A stretch of DNA of 64,000 bases. Origin: Patescibacteria group bacterium. Its GTDB lineage: Bacteria; Patescibacteriota; Microgenomatia; JAMCYU01. Location: contig JAMCYU010000004.1 in the NCBI GenBank assembly GCA_023473585.1, positions 133,748 through 197,747 on the forward strand, read 5' to 3'. Both the position numbers and the translations under genes were made by a program. The notes beneath the pieces were generated by a model that was not told where the DNA came from, made no database searches, and worked only from the letters and a program-made list of their open reading frames with translations. Below are positions 1 to 7,903 of the stretch, one piece after another. The first letter of the stretch is position 1. Every line of letters begins with the position of its first letter.

Positions 1-891
1 TAAGTAGGTAACCAAACCGGGTAATCTGGCGGTCCCGCCGCAAAGACTGATGACTTTAATCGGTTCTTCGGCATGTTTTCCCTGATCAAACAAAAGAGCT
101 CTTTTGATTTCCTCAACAACGGTATCAAAAATCGGCTTGATGGCTTGCAAAATTTTCCCCTCAAGCTTATCTTCTTCTAAACCGTAAGTTCTTTTGTATT
201 CTTCGGCCTGGGAAAGTTCAAAGCCCATTTCCCGAGCCACGGCTCTAGCCAAAGCTTCGCCGCCGGTCCCGATTGAACGGGTAAAACCTAAGAAGCCGTT
301 TCTCACAATCGAGAGATCGGTCGTCGCGGCGCCGAAATTAATAAGAAGGGTCGGGGTAGGGGATTTGCCCACTAAAGATCTTGAGACAGCGATAATCTCC
401 GGTTCCAAAGAAACTAAATCCAAACCGGCCGCCTCGGTGACACTCCGGTATTTTTGGATTAAACCTATGGGGGCGGCAACCAAAAGAACCTCAATTTTAT
501 CCTTACCGATTTTTTCTTCCGGGGTTAAAATGGCAAAATCAATTTTAACCTCCGAAAGAGGCATGGGAATATACTGTTCTCCTTCCCACTTGATCGCGCT
601 GGCCATCTCCTCTTCGTTTAAAGGCGGCATTTCGATGACGCGGCTAAAAATCTGCGATTCCGGCAGAGAAAGATTAACCCGACGGTTATTGACTTTAATA
701 TCAGTCCAGAGTTTTTTAATGGCAATACCGACCGTTTCAAGGTCGATTTTCGCTTCGGAAACCAAACCTTTTGGCGGGGTGGGAACAAGACCTGAAGCTT
801 TTAAGATAAAACCCCTGTCTTTTTTTTCCAGTTGGACAATTTTGATCGTGTGGGAACCAATATCTAAACCAAGGGGCAGGTTTGTCGCCAT
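1..891 (-). CDS. pilM: Type IV pilus assembly ATPase-like protein PilM (partial, C-terminus runs off the left edge)
   Basis: Reverse-strand translation from ATG at 889-891 reads MATNLPLGLDIGSHTIKIVQLEKK...SLCGGTARLPGLVTYL, an actin-like PilM/FtsA fold signature (GLDIGS, GGGTA). The open frame continues to position 1 with no stop. The listed plus-strand ORF 194-916 is its shadow. Confidence 0.8.
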   Translation of the reverse strand, partial: MATNLPLGLDIGSHTIKIVQLEKKDRGFILKASGLVPTPPKGLVSEAKIDLETVGIAIKKLWTDIKVNNRRVNLSLPESQIFSRVIEMPPLNEEEMASAIKWEGEQYIPMPLSEVKIDFAILTPEEKIGKDKIEVLLVAAPIGLIQKYRSVTEAAGLDLVSLEPEIIAVSRSLVGKSPTPTLLINFGAATTDLSIVRNGFLGFTRSIGTGGEALARAVAREMGFELSQAEEYKRTYGLEEDKLEGKILQAIKPIFDTVVEEIKRALLFDQGKHAEEPIKVISLCGGTARLPGLVTYL

Positions 892-892
892 A

Positions 893-1780
893 TTATTTCG
901 TCAAGGACCCTCCTGAAAAGAGAATATAATCAAAAATAGCCGGTAAAACCGGATAAGTACGGGTCACCTTGACTTTGCGGGTTGACTCGCCCGAAGTTCC
1001 GGTTGAAGTAATTTCGATTCCTTGTTGGGGGAAAGCGGCTTCGGATCCCACGGCTTGAACACCGATATTGGCAGAACCGTAGAACGGCCGCAAACGTAAA
1101 GCAAAAGCTTTATAAAATAAAGGTGCGGTTGAATAGTTGAATTCCACACCGTAATTAAAACCTAATTCACAATTATATGATCCGCTGGCAGCAAAATTAT
1201 TAGAATGAAGGTCAGAAGGTGCTTTATAGGCACCTCTGAAAATCTGGTAGGGACCGTTACTGCCTGTTTGTTGATAAACTAAGGTTATCTCCATGGAGGG
1301 GTCAACACTTTCAGCTTTTTCCCAACAGATATTAATCTTTTTAGCGGTAGAATTATAAAAACCCGTGCTTGGATCAAGGGTTCCGTCTGTATCATTGTGT
1401 TTAACTAACCAAACCGTGTAAGTATCACCGACACCGACGTTATTAACCCTGAATTGCCTGCTGTTACCAGCGGCAGCAGAGGTAAAAGTATACGTAGCTT
1501 TATTATCGCTAAAGGTCCCATTACCGGAAGTTTCTCCTTTTAAAGCGGCTTCGATACCGGCCTCGGCGGCGGCAAAAGCGCGTGCCGAGTCTTCCATTTG
1601 GGTTGAAATCTTAATGTCGGTTGAAGAACGGCCAATGGATGACAAACCGACGGTTAAGCCGACGGTCATCACCAAAAGAATGATTAAAAGAGCCTGACCA
1701 GACTCATAAAGACGATTTTTTTCCACCATAGGAAGATTTCTCCTTAAGTTTATTTTAGAGACTGCCAACTTTCCTGTCAA
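893..1780 (-). CDS. PilX-N-like minor pilin / pilus-associated protein
   Basis: The N-terminal hydrophobic segment ESGQALLIILLVMTVGLTVGL resembles the PilX_N domain. The remainder is Thr/Ser/Gly/Asn-rich. The TAA stop at 893-895 lies 1 nt from the pilM start. The start could instead be the internal Met at 1729. Confidence 0.5.
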   Translation of the reverse strand: MTGKLAVSKINLRRNLPMVEKNRLYESGQALLIILLVMTVGLTVGLSSIGRSSTDIKISTQMEDSARAFAAAEAGIEAALKGETSGNGTFSDNKATYTFTSAAAGNSRQFRVNNVGVGDTYTVWLVKHNDTDGTLDPSTGFYNSTAKKINICWEKAESVDPSMEITLVYQQTGSNGPYQIFRGAYKAPSDLHSNNFAASGSYNCELGFNYGVEFNYSTAPLFYKAFALRLRPFYGSANIGVQAVGSEAAFPQQGIEITSTGTSGESTRKVKVTRTYPVLPAIFDYILFSGGSLTK

Positions 1781-1785
1781 GCTTC

Positions 1786-2304
1786 TTAGTAATTTCTTAG
1801 AGAAACTGTCGTCTGGAAATTTATTGAGGCTTTTTCTTCGGGACGCGTGGCTGAAACATTGGCTTGAGTTAAAGCAAAACTGATCATGATAAGATCGGGC
1901 TTACCCGAAGTTCTCGTACAGGTAAAAAATAAATTATTGGCTCTAACTTTAGTATTCGTCAACATGCCGCCAGTTGAGGCGATCTGGTTACCCGAAAGCG
2001 AAAAGGTTGTTGTTGTCGAGGGATTTCCGGGGTTGGTTATTTGCAAAGAATTACGATTGGTAAAAGGACAAGGATTAACCACGTTATCTAAACCAATGGC
2101 GTTTCTAACCATCTTTTCCATCACCGAAAGCGCGTAATCACCGTTTTGCTTAACCTCCCTGGTTAGGTCGGTTTTAGCCGTGCTTTGTAAAACCGTAAAG
2201 AAAATTTGCGTCACGATAAAGCCGACCGTGCCTAAAATTGCCACCACGACTAAAAGCTCAATTAGGGTATAACCGTTAATTCTTTTTCTCATTTGGTCAC
2301 CCAA
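1786..2304 (-). CDS. Prepilin-type N-terminal cleavage/methylation domain protein (minor pilin)
   Basis: N-terminus MRKRINGYTLIELLVVVAILG is the class III signal peptide motif G|YTLIE. Confidence 0.7.
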   Translation of the reverse strand: MGDQMRKRINGYTLIELLVVVAILGTVGFIVTQIFFTVLQSTAKTDLTREVKQNGDYALSVMEKMVRNAIGLDNVVNPCPFTNRNSLQITNPGNPSTTTTFSLSGNQIASTGGMLTNTKVRANNLFFTCTRTSGKPDLIMISFALTQANVSATRPEEKASINFQTTVSLRNY

Positions 2305-2696
2305 TTTGAAAGAAATGATGTTAATTGAGATTGATGTGAGCCCGAACTGTCAAGCCAGGAAACGGTTATGGTTATTTTCCGTTTTTCCGCATCGCCTTCG
2401 TCCAGACAATTTATGGTTCTGGTAAAGGGAACAGGAACAGCACCTGGATTATAAGTCGGACAACTCGTCTTAAAATTGCTCCAAGTATTTTGGTCACGAA
2501 AGGCCCTGGTTTTTTCCATGCCTTCTTCGGCATATTTCGTTGCCAAAGCTTGATTCTTTGAAAATTGGACGTTTTTGATCGCTTCTCCGACCGTAAAAAC
2601 CAGGCCGGTGATAATCAAAACCGCAATCGCCATGGTGGCGACAACCTCAATTAATGATTGACCGTTTTTATGAGCAAGAGGTGACAAAACCGCCAT
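2289..2696 (-). CDS. PilV-like minor pilin (prepilin N-terminal domain)
   Basis: The internal start MAVLSPLAHKNGQSLIEVVATMAIAVLII (ATG rc at 2694-2696) gives a G|QSLIEV prepilin motif. The upstream part of the listed ORF is probably not translated. Confidence 0.6.
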   Translation of the reverse strand: MAVLSPLAHKNGQSLIEVVATMAIAVLIITGLVFTVGEAIKNVQFSKNQALATKYAEEGMEKTRAFRDQNTWSNFKTSCPTYNPGAVPVPFTRTINCLDEGDAEKRKITITVSWLDSSGSHQSQLTSFLSNWVTK

Positions 2697-3144
2697 CCTG
2701 AATTTCTCCTGTCGTGGTAACGATGATTTTATAGTATAAATTAAAACCAAAAAGACAAATCGTCCGTTGAGTTTCAACGCCCTGTCCTAATATCTTAAAT
2801 TCAATGGGTTGGGGTGAATTGGAAATATTTACGCCAGCAGGTAAGGGAAAAGTTGTTGTCGTCCCAGAACCTGCAGGCGAAACGCAAACAGCGTTAGTTT
2901 GATAATTATTAGCCGTAAAACTTACCCGGTAACGATCAAGAGTCGCGCAGGAACTTTTATTGCCGGTAAAGGCTTTCGTCTTGGCCGATTGTAAGTCATT
3001 TCTTAAGTCAAAGGCGGCCTGTTTTACGGTCTGGCGTTTATTAAAATCATTGTATCTGGCCAAACCGACGGTAAAAAGAATCGCGCCCACGGCGATCACC
3101 AAAAGCAGCTCGATTAAGGTAAAACCACGGTTTTTGGCTAACAT
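2668..3144 (-). CDS. Type IV pilin-like protein (prepilin N-terminal domain)
   Basis: Start MLAKNRGFTLIELLLVIAVGAILF (ATG rc 3142-3144), directly after the stop of the upstream pilin at 3146. Confidence 0.65.
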   Translation of the reverse strand: MLAKNRGFTLIELLLVIAVGAILFTVGLARYNDFNKRQTVKQAAFDLRNDLQSAKTKAFTGNKSSCATLDRYRVSFTANNYQTNAVCVSPAGSGTTTTFPLPAGVNISNSPQPIEFKILGQGVETQRTICLFGFNLYYKIIVTTTGEIQDGGFVTSCS

Positions 3145-3145
3145 T

Positions 3146-3835
3146 TTAAAAACCACCATCGCTACCCGCAACGCAACAACAGGGTTTACTAGAAACACAA
3201 GAGTTAGGATACGAGTATGTACCGCTACATATTTTCCCAAGCCCGGTACAACCAGATGTCGTGTTACATGTCCCTCCGCCATAAACACTACAAGAGTACT
3301 GGCAAGTTCTAGTCCCGGGAGAACACGCTAGTCCGGCACAACAATCACCATCATAGGTGCAACTCACATTTATTGTTTTGCACTGTTGCGGCGTTGGTAT
3401 TGGCGTTGGTATTGGTGTCGGCGTGGGTGTAACAATAATGACATTCGAACCTTCGGTCGTCACCTGATAGACCCCGCCGGTTTCCAAACTGGCGTTTAAA
3501 AGAAAACCATTTCTGCAAAGAACAGGCCCGGAAGAAGTATAACTATAGCGAGTTGCATCACCGGGGATAGGGTCCAAATACGTACGCCCGCTGTACGTTA
3601 AGGCTGTTGTTCCGTTAAAATTAAGAGCTTCCGGATAGCAATTGCTGTCGGCCCGGTACATTTCCAAAGCGCTTCTCACTTTTTCCATATCCGCTTTTCT
3701 TTTGGAATCGCGGGTTTTTTTCATTTGCTGGGGGTAATTAGTCAAAATTCCAATACTCGCCAAAATGCCGATTAAAACAAGAACCACCAAAAGCTCAATG
3801 AGGGTAAAACCGGCAATTTTTTTAAGTTTTAACAT
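3146..3835 (-). CDS. Type IV pilin (GspG/PilA-like) with Thr-Pro linker and Cys-rich C-terminal module
   Basis: MLKLKKIAGFTLIELLVVLVLIGILASIG plus KKTRDSKRKADMEKVRSALEMY is the T2SS-G/pilin signature. A TPTPTPIPTPIPTP linker is followed by about 80 aa containing 16 Cys. Confidence 0.7.
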   Translation of the reverse strand: MLKLKKIAGFTLIELLVVLVLIGILASIGILTNYPQQMKKTRDSKRKADMEKVRSALEMYRADSNCYPEALNFNGTTALTYSGRTYLDPIPGDATRYSYTSSGPVLCRNGFLLNASLETGGVYQVTTEGSNVIIVTPTPTPIPTPIPTPQQCKTINVSCTYDGDCCAGLACSPGTRTCQYSCSVYGGGTCNTTSGCTGLGKICSGTYSYPNSCVSSKPCCCVAGSDGGF

Positions 3836-3884
3836 CTCTTTTTATTATATTATAATCTACTTTAAATTCAATCTTTATAACTAC

Positions 3885-4427
3885 TTAATTTGATCTCAAA
3901 AACGAACCCGTGCTAATTTGCCAAGCATGTTGTGGTCTAACGGGATCATAAAAAAGGTCGTTTGGATTATTAAGAGCACCAGGAGCTTCCGGAGAACAAT
4001 GGGCTAAGAGTTTATAATTTTGCCCGTTAGAAAGATAAAGATAACAACTTTTCCAGGAAGTCCCGCAAATTGAGACAGTAAGGGGGTTAGTCTGTCCACT
4101 CCGGGGATCTTTTGGTAGTTCTTCAATGTATTGAGGAGAAAGATTAGGAATGTATCCATTTGGGCCACTGAGATCATAAGATCCTCCGTTATCGCCGCAG
4201 GCCCCCCGCCACGATCCCGCAACGGGATAAGTATTGTTATCTGTCTTATACATTTCCAAGGCCGTTTTTATTTTCGTTAAGTCTGCTTTTCTTTGCAGGT
4301 CGCGGGATTTTTGCATTTGCGTCTGGATATTCGTTATCACCAAAATCCCGATGGTGATGGAAATAATCACCAAAACAATTAAAAGTTCAATTAAGGTAAA
4401 ACCTCTGTTTTTTTTAAGTTTTAGCAT
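3885..4427 (-). CDS. Type IV pilin (GspG-like), paralog 1 of a tandem pair
   Basis: True start MLKLKKNRGFTLIELLIVLVII (ATG rc 4425-4427), then QKSRDLQRKADLTKIKTALEMY. The C-terminus NYKLLAHCSPEAPGA...NDLFYD..RP is shared with the next gene. Confidence 0.7.
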   Translation of the reverse strand: MLKLKKNRGFTLIELLIVLVIISITIGILVITNIQTQMQKSRDLQRKADLTKIKTALEMYKTDNNTYPVAGSWRGACGDNGGSYDLSGPNGYIPNLSPQYIEELPKDPRSGQTNPLTVSICGTSWKSCYLYLSNGQNYKLLAHCSPEAPGALNNPNDLFYDPVRPQHAWQISTGSFLRSN

Positions 4428-4443
4428 TTCTTTATTATAAAGA

Positions 4444-4968
4444 CTACCAACCTGCAGAACCCGGGCCAGAGTGAACTTGCCAGGCCCATGTTGGTCTTGC
4501 CGAATCATAGAAAAGATCATTTGAACTATAAGCACCGGGCGCTTCCGGAGAACAATGGGCTAAGAGTTTATAATTTTGCCCATCATCAGAACGATAAAGA
4601 TAACAAGTCGAGGCGCTATCATTACAAGGCGGATAAGATTGCCCATTTCTGGGATCAAGCGGCAATTTCGCAATATAAGTCGGAGCCAAATTAGGAATAT
4701 AACCAGTTGCTCCACTGGTTGAATAATTTCCATATCCGCATCCTGATCCCTGCCAAGAACCTCCAGATGATGGATAGTTATTATTAATTTCCCGGTACAT
4801 CTCTAAGGCATTTTTTAATTGCGACAAATCATTTTTTCTCGTTGCGTCGCGGGTTTTTTTAAGAGAGGTCTGGACGTTTGTGTAAATGACGAAACTGCTC
4901 ACGATCCCAACCAGGACAAGAACGATTAGGAGTTCGATTAAAGTAAAGCCGCGATCAGTTTTTCCCAT
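4444..4968 (-). CDS. Type IV pilin (GspG-like), paralog 2 of a tandem pair
   Basis: MGKTDRGFTLIELLIVLVLVG; KKTRDATRKNDLSQLKNALEMY; C-terminus YKLLAHCSPEAPGAYSSNDLFYDSARP. Confidence 0.7.
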   Translation of the reverse strand: MGKTDRGFTLIELLIVLVLVGIVSSFVIYTNVQTSLKKTRDATRKNDLSQLKNALEMYREINNNYPSSGGSWQGSGCGYGNYSTSGATGYIPNLAPTYIAKLPLDPRNGQSYPPCNDSASTCYLYRSDDGQNYKLLAHCSPEAPGAYSSNDLFYDSARPTWAWQVHSGPGSAGW

Positions 4969-5744
4969 AAAAGGTGGCCGTAAAACAGGGCAAAAATCGT
5001 GCTTCCTGCCAAAAACGGTCCAAAAGGAATATGACTTTTTAACTTTTTTTTGCCTCTTAAAATCAGTATTACACCGATGGCGGCCCCTGTCAAGAAAGCC
5101 AGGTATAAAGCGACGATAATTTTCGGATAGCCCAAAAAAAGACCCATCAAAACGGCTAATTTGAAATCCCCAAAACCCATACCCCGGCCGGAAGTTAATA
5201 AAAATAAAATTAAAAAAAGGAGACCGGCCAAAAAGCCGGAGATGAGATTCGATATAAGGATATTGGGATATAAGGAGAAGATGAGAGTGATGATGATGGC
5301 CGGATAAACGATTTCGTCGGGAATTATTTCGTGGTAAAGATCAATAAAGAAAATGACAATTAAAGCGTAAATAAGTATTAAGTAGTAGGTAGTAAGTATT
5401 AAGTCTTGTCTGCTTAATACTAAATACTTAATACTTAATACTGTAAGTACTCCCGTCACTAATTCCACAAAAGGATATTGCCAACTGATAGGGAAGTGAC
5501 AATGCCGGCAACGACCGCCCAAAACAAGAAAAGAAAGAAGCGGAAGGTTATCATACCAGGAAATTTTCTTTTTGCATTTAGGACAAAAAGAGCGGCCGGT
5601 AAGGGGAAGGGAATTGGGTAAACGATAAATCAAAACATTCAAAAACGAACCGAATACCAAACCAAAACAAAAGAAAAAAAGTGGAAACAAAAAAATCATA
5701 AGAAAATTAACACCTTTACACTGAAAGAATTCAACCTTATACAA
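4938..5744 (-). CDS. pilD: Prepilin peptidase (A24 family) PilD
   Basis: GSFLNVLIYRLP, a tetracysteine CPKC...CRHC motif, catalytic FFIDLYHEIIPD and GMGFGDFKL. The start may be the internal Met (MIFLFPLFFF). Confidence 0.85.
   Translation of the reverse strand: MYKVEFFQCKGVNFLMIFLFPLFFFCFGLVFGSFLNVLIYRLPNSLPLTGRSFCPKCKKKISWYDNLPLLSFLVLGGRCRHCHFPISWQYPFVELVTGVLTVLSIKYLVLSRQDLILTTYYLILIYALIVIFFIDLYHEIIPDEIVYPAIIITLIFSLYPNILISNLISGFLAGLLFLILFLLTSGRGMGFGDFKLAVLMGLFLGYPKIIVALYLAFLTGAAIGVILILRGKKKLKSHIPFGPFLAGSTIFALFYGHLLWEKLIAALL
5372..5457. repeat. AGTAT/ATACT-type AT-rich simple-repeat block inside pilD
   Basis: TAAGTATTAAGTAGTAGGTAGTAAGTATTAAGTCTTGTCTGCTTAATACTAAATACTTAATACTTAATACTGTAAGTACT. 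It shares 16-19-mers with the blocks at 8981-9017 and 28466-28497 and encodes SIKYLVLSRQDLILTTYYLILIY. Confidence 0.7.
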
Positions 5745-5757
5745 GGCTGAATTCTTT
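5724..5757 (-). terminator. Hairpin immediately downstream of the major pilin gene (possible partial terminator or attenuator before pilD)
   Basis: Inverted repeat GAAAGAATTCA...TGAATTCTTT(G) with a 10/11-bp stem, located between the pilA stop (5783) and the pilD start. Confidence 0.3.
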
Positions 5758-5782
5758 GTGGATTTATTTCTCTTTACCTAAA

Positions 5783-6202
5783 TTATGGCGGACAGACACC
5801 AACTCCCGTACTTGTTCCAATCTTCCCGTTTGACGCACACCAAACAAAAGCAGGCGTCGGCGACGTTCCACCCGTATATTTTTTAGACAGCAAGTTTGTG
5901 GAAACAATCGGCGCGCTAGTCGTTCCCCCAATCGTATACGTATATCCTGTTGGTGGAGTAGGCGCAGTTTTTAACTCTCCAAATGTGACCAAATCGGCTG
6001 TTGTCAAAACGTAAACCGAACTGTGAGCTGTGGCATACGCCTCCATAGCGGTAGCAATCTGCCCGATATCGTTCATCGCTTTAGCGTCGTTGGCCGAGCG
6101 TATCTTATCTAAAGGATCAATAACCATAAACAACCCGGCTGAAAGAACGGCTAAAATAGCGATCACAACCAAAAGCTCAATTAAAGTAAAACCTCTTTTC
6201 AT
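5783..6202 (-). CDS. pilA: Type IV major pilin candidate (139 aa)
   Basis: MKRGFTLIELLVVIAILAVLSAGLF is a classic prepilin leader plus N-methyl-Phe helix. It is short and has a strong SD (AGGGGGTG) upstream. Confidence 0.75.
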   Translation of the reverse strand: MKRGFTLIELLVVIAILAVLSAGLFMVIDPLDKIRSANDAKAMNDIGQIATAMEAYATAHSSVYVLTTADLVTFGELKTAPTPPTGYTYTIGGTTSAPIVSTNLLSKKYTGGTSPTPAFVWCASNGKIGTSTGVGVCPP

Positions 6203-6255
6203 TATTCACCCCCTTTCTTTCTAACTCACGGATAATTAAGGAAAATTATGGATAA

Positions 6256-6660
6256 TCAGGGATTATCACGAAAAGTTCGCCACGTTCCTTCTCTTTGCAT
6301 TTTCAAGATTGCCTGTATCTGACGAGTTAATAAATAATCTGTCTTGCCACATAATTCGTCTAATTTTTTATATTCATCTTCTGTTATTAATCTGTCTTCT
6401 CGACAATCTTCTATGTCTCCTAATAATTCTCCTAAAGATCCTCGACTGATATTAAGAAATTGTATATATTCTCCTGCTGTTCCTCGTTTATATCCTTCTT
6501 GTATATTTTGTTTTGCGCTTCGTGCTGCATCTCTCATTTGGCTTACTCTTCTAAATTCAATTTTAGGAAATCTTTTAGTAATTTGATAAATTAAACTTCT
6601 TAAAGAATAACTATTTCGCCAAACGATTAATTTTCTAAATCCTCCTTGATATTCCGTCAT
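6256..6660 (-). CDS. Four-helix-bundle protein (23S rRNA intervening-sequence protein / TIGR02436 family, Avd-like fold)
   Basis: Motifs KLIVWRNSYSL...ITKRFPKIEF...QMRDAARSAKQNIQEGYKR...EYIQFLNISRGSLGEL match the family. The gene is visibly AT-rich (about 30% GC) compared with the flanking pil genes (about 43-45%). Confidence 0.6.
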   Translation of the reverse strand: MTEYQGGFRKLIVWRNSYSLRSLIYQITKRFPKIEFRRVSQMRDAARSAKQNIQEGYKRGTAGEYIQFLNISRGSLGELLGDIEDCREDRLITEDEYKKLDELCGKTDYLLTRQIQAILKMQREGTWRTFRDNP

Positions 6661-6692
6661 TCTCCCTTATACTCCGCGTTTTCCCTTTCTTT

Positions 6693-7901
6693 TTAGAAAG
6701 CATTTGTTAACTGATAAATCGGCATGATGATCGAAAAGATCATGAAACCAACGCCGACGGCCAATACAACCATTATTATGGGTTCAATCGCGGTTGTCAA
6801 GCCTTTAACCATTTGTTCCGATTCGGTCTCAAAATAATGAGACAATTTAAGCAGCGAGTCGTCAAGTTTGCCGGTTTCTTCGCCGACTTTCGTCATTTGT
6901 CCCAAAATGGCCGGATAAAGAGGATTCTGGGCAAAAAGCACCCCCATAGGAAAACCTTTTTCCACTTTAAGGGCAACCTCTTTTAAGCCCTCCTGATAAA
7001 GGATACTTTCAATTGACCCAGAGACAATATTTAAAGCTTCAATAATGGGCAATCCCGCGCTCACCAAAAGACCTAAAGTCCGACAGAATTCGGTTAAAAT
7101 AATTTCCTGTCTTAATTTTCCCATTACCGGTAAACTGAAGAGAAATTTATCCAAAAGATGCGCGCCGATGGAAGTTTTTTTCCAAAGATTAAAAAGAAAA
7201 ATACTCAAAACTCCCAAAAGTAAAATAAGCCACCAAAAGGAAACCGAAAAATCCGAAATCGCTATCAAAATTCTCGTGGTTAATGGTAGGGCAACGTTAA
7301 AATCCTTATACATCACGGTCAGTCTTGGCACCACCAAAACCATCATCAAGAACATAACAATGACCATGCCGATTAAAATAATAACCGGATAAATCATCGC
7401 TCCTTTAACTTTTGATTGAAATTCTTTTTCTTTTTCCAAGTTATCGGCCAGTCTCGTCAAAACCTGATCAAGCATCCCGCCGGCTTCGCCGGCTCTGATT
7501 AAGGCAACATAGCTTCGGGAAAAATACCTGGGATATTTTTCCAAAGCATTGGCAAAATTATTGCCGGCCTCAACCTCATGCTGTACATCATCTAAAACCC
7601 TGGTAAAAGCCGGATTCATTTTTTGGCCACGCAGAATATTTAAAGCGTCGGTTAAGGTTAAACCGGCGACAAACATGGTCGCCAATTGTCGGGTAAAATT
7701 GACGATATCGTTAAAACCCACGCCTTTGAGGTTATTGGTTAAAGCGGAAAAAGAGAATTTGCCGGTCGCCGGGACGATATTGATGACCAAAAAACCCTGT
7801 TCTCTTAAAAGATTGGCCGCATCCCGATCGGTCCGCGCCTCAACCACGCCGGTGCCGCGCTTCCCGTATTGATCCCTAATTTTATAATTAAAAAGCGCCA
7901 T
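6693..7901 (-). CDS. pilC: Type IV pilus assembly platform protein PilC (GspF family)
   Basis: Two T2SS-F repeats and three TM segments; MALFNYKIRDQYGKRGTGVVEA is a typical PilC N-terminus. Confidence 0.9.
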   Translation of the reverse strand: MALFNYKIRDQYGKRGTGVVEARTDRDAANLLREQGFLVINIVPATGKFSFSALTNNLKGVGFNDIVNFTRQLATMFVAGLTLTDALNILRGQKMNPAFTRVLDDVQHEVEAGNNFANALEKYPRYFSRSYVALIRAGEAGGMLDQVLTRLADNLEKEKEFQSKVKGAMIYPVIILIGMVIVMFLMMVLVVPRLTVMYKDFNVALPLTTRILIAISDFSVSFWWLILLLGVLSIFLFNLWKKTSIGAHLLDKFLFSLPVMGKLRQEIILTEFCRTLGLLVSAGLPIIEALNIVSGSIESILYQEGLKEVALKVEKGFPMGVLFAQNPLYPAILGQMTKVGEETGKLDDSLLKLSHYFETESEQMVKGLTTAIEPIIMVVLAVGVGFMIFSIIMPIYQLTNAF

Positions 7902-7903
7902 AT

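Noticed and set aside
194-916. 240-aa plus-strand ORF at the left edge.
   Set aside because: It lies entirely antisense to a well-supported PilM coding frame (MATNLPLGLDIGSHTIKIV...). It has no motif and a biased low-complexity composition, so it is a shadow ORF.
2960-3331. 123-aa plus-strand ORF, along with similar short ORFs at 1886-2137, 4234-4440, 4488-4694 and 6030-6224.
   Set aside because: All are antisense to pilin genes with clear prepilin signatures. They show no SD and no motifs.
6256-6660. Diversity-generating retroelement around the Avd-like gene.
   Set aside because: There is no reverse transcriptase ORF (no YxDD-containing protein) and no template/variable repeat pair in the window. 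Only the accessory-like gene is present.
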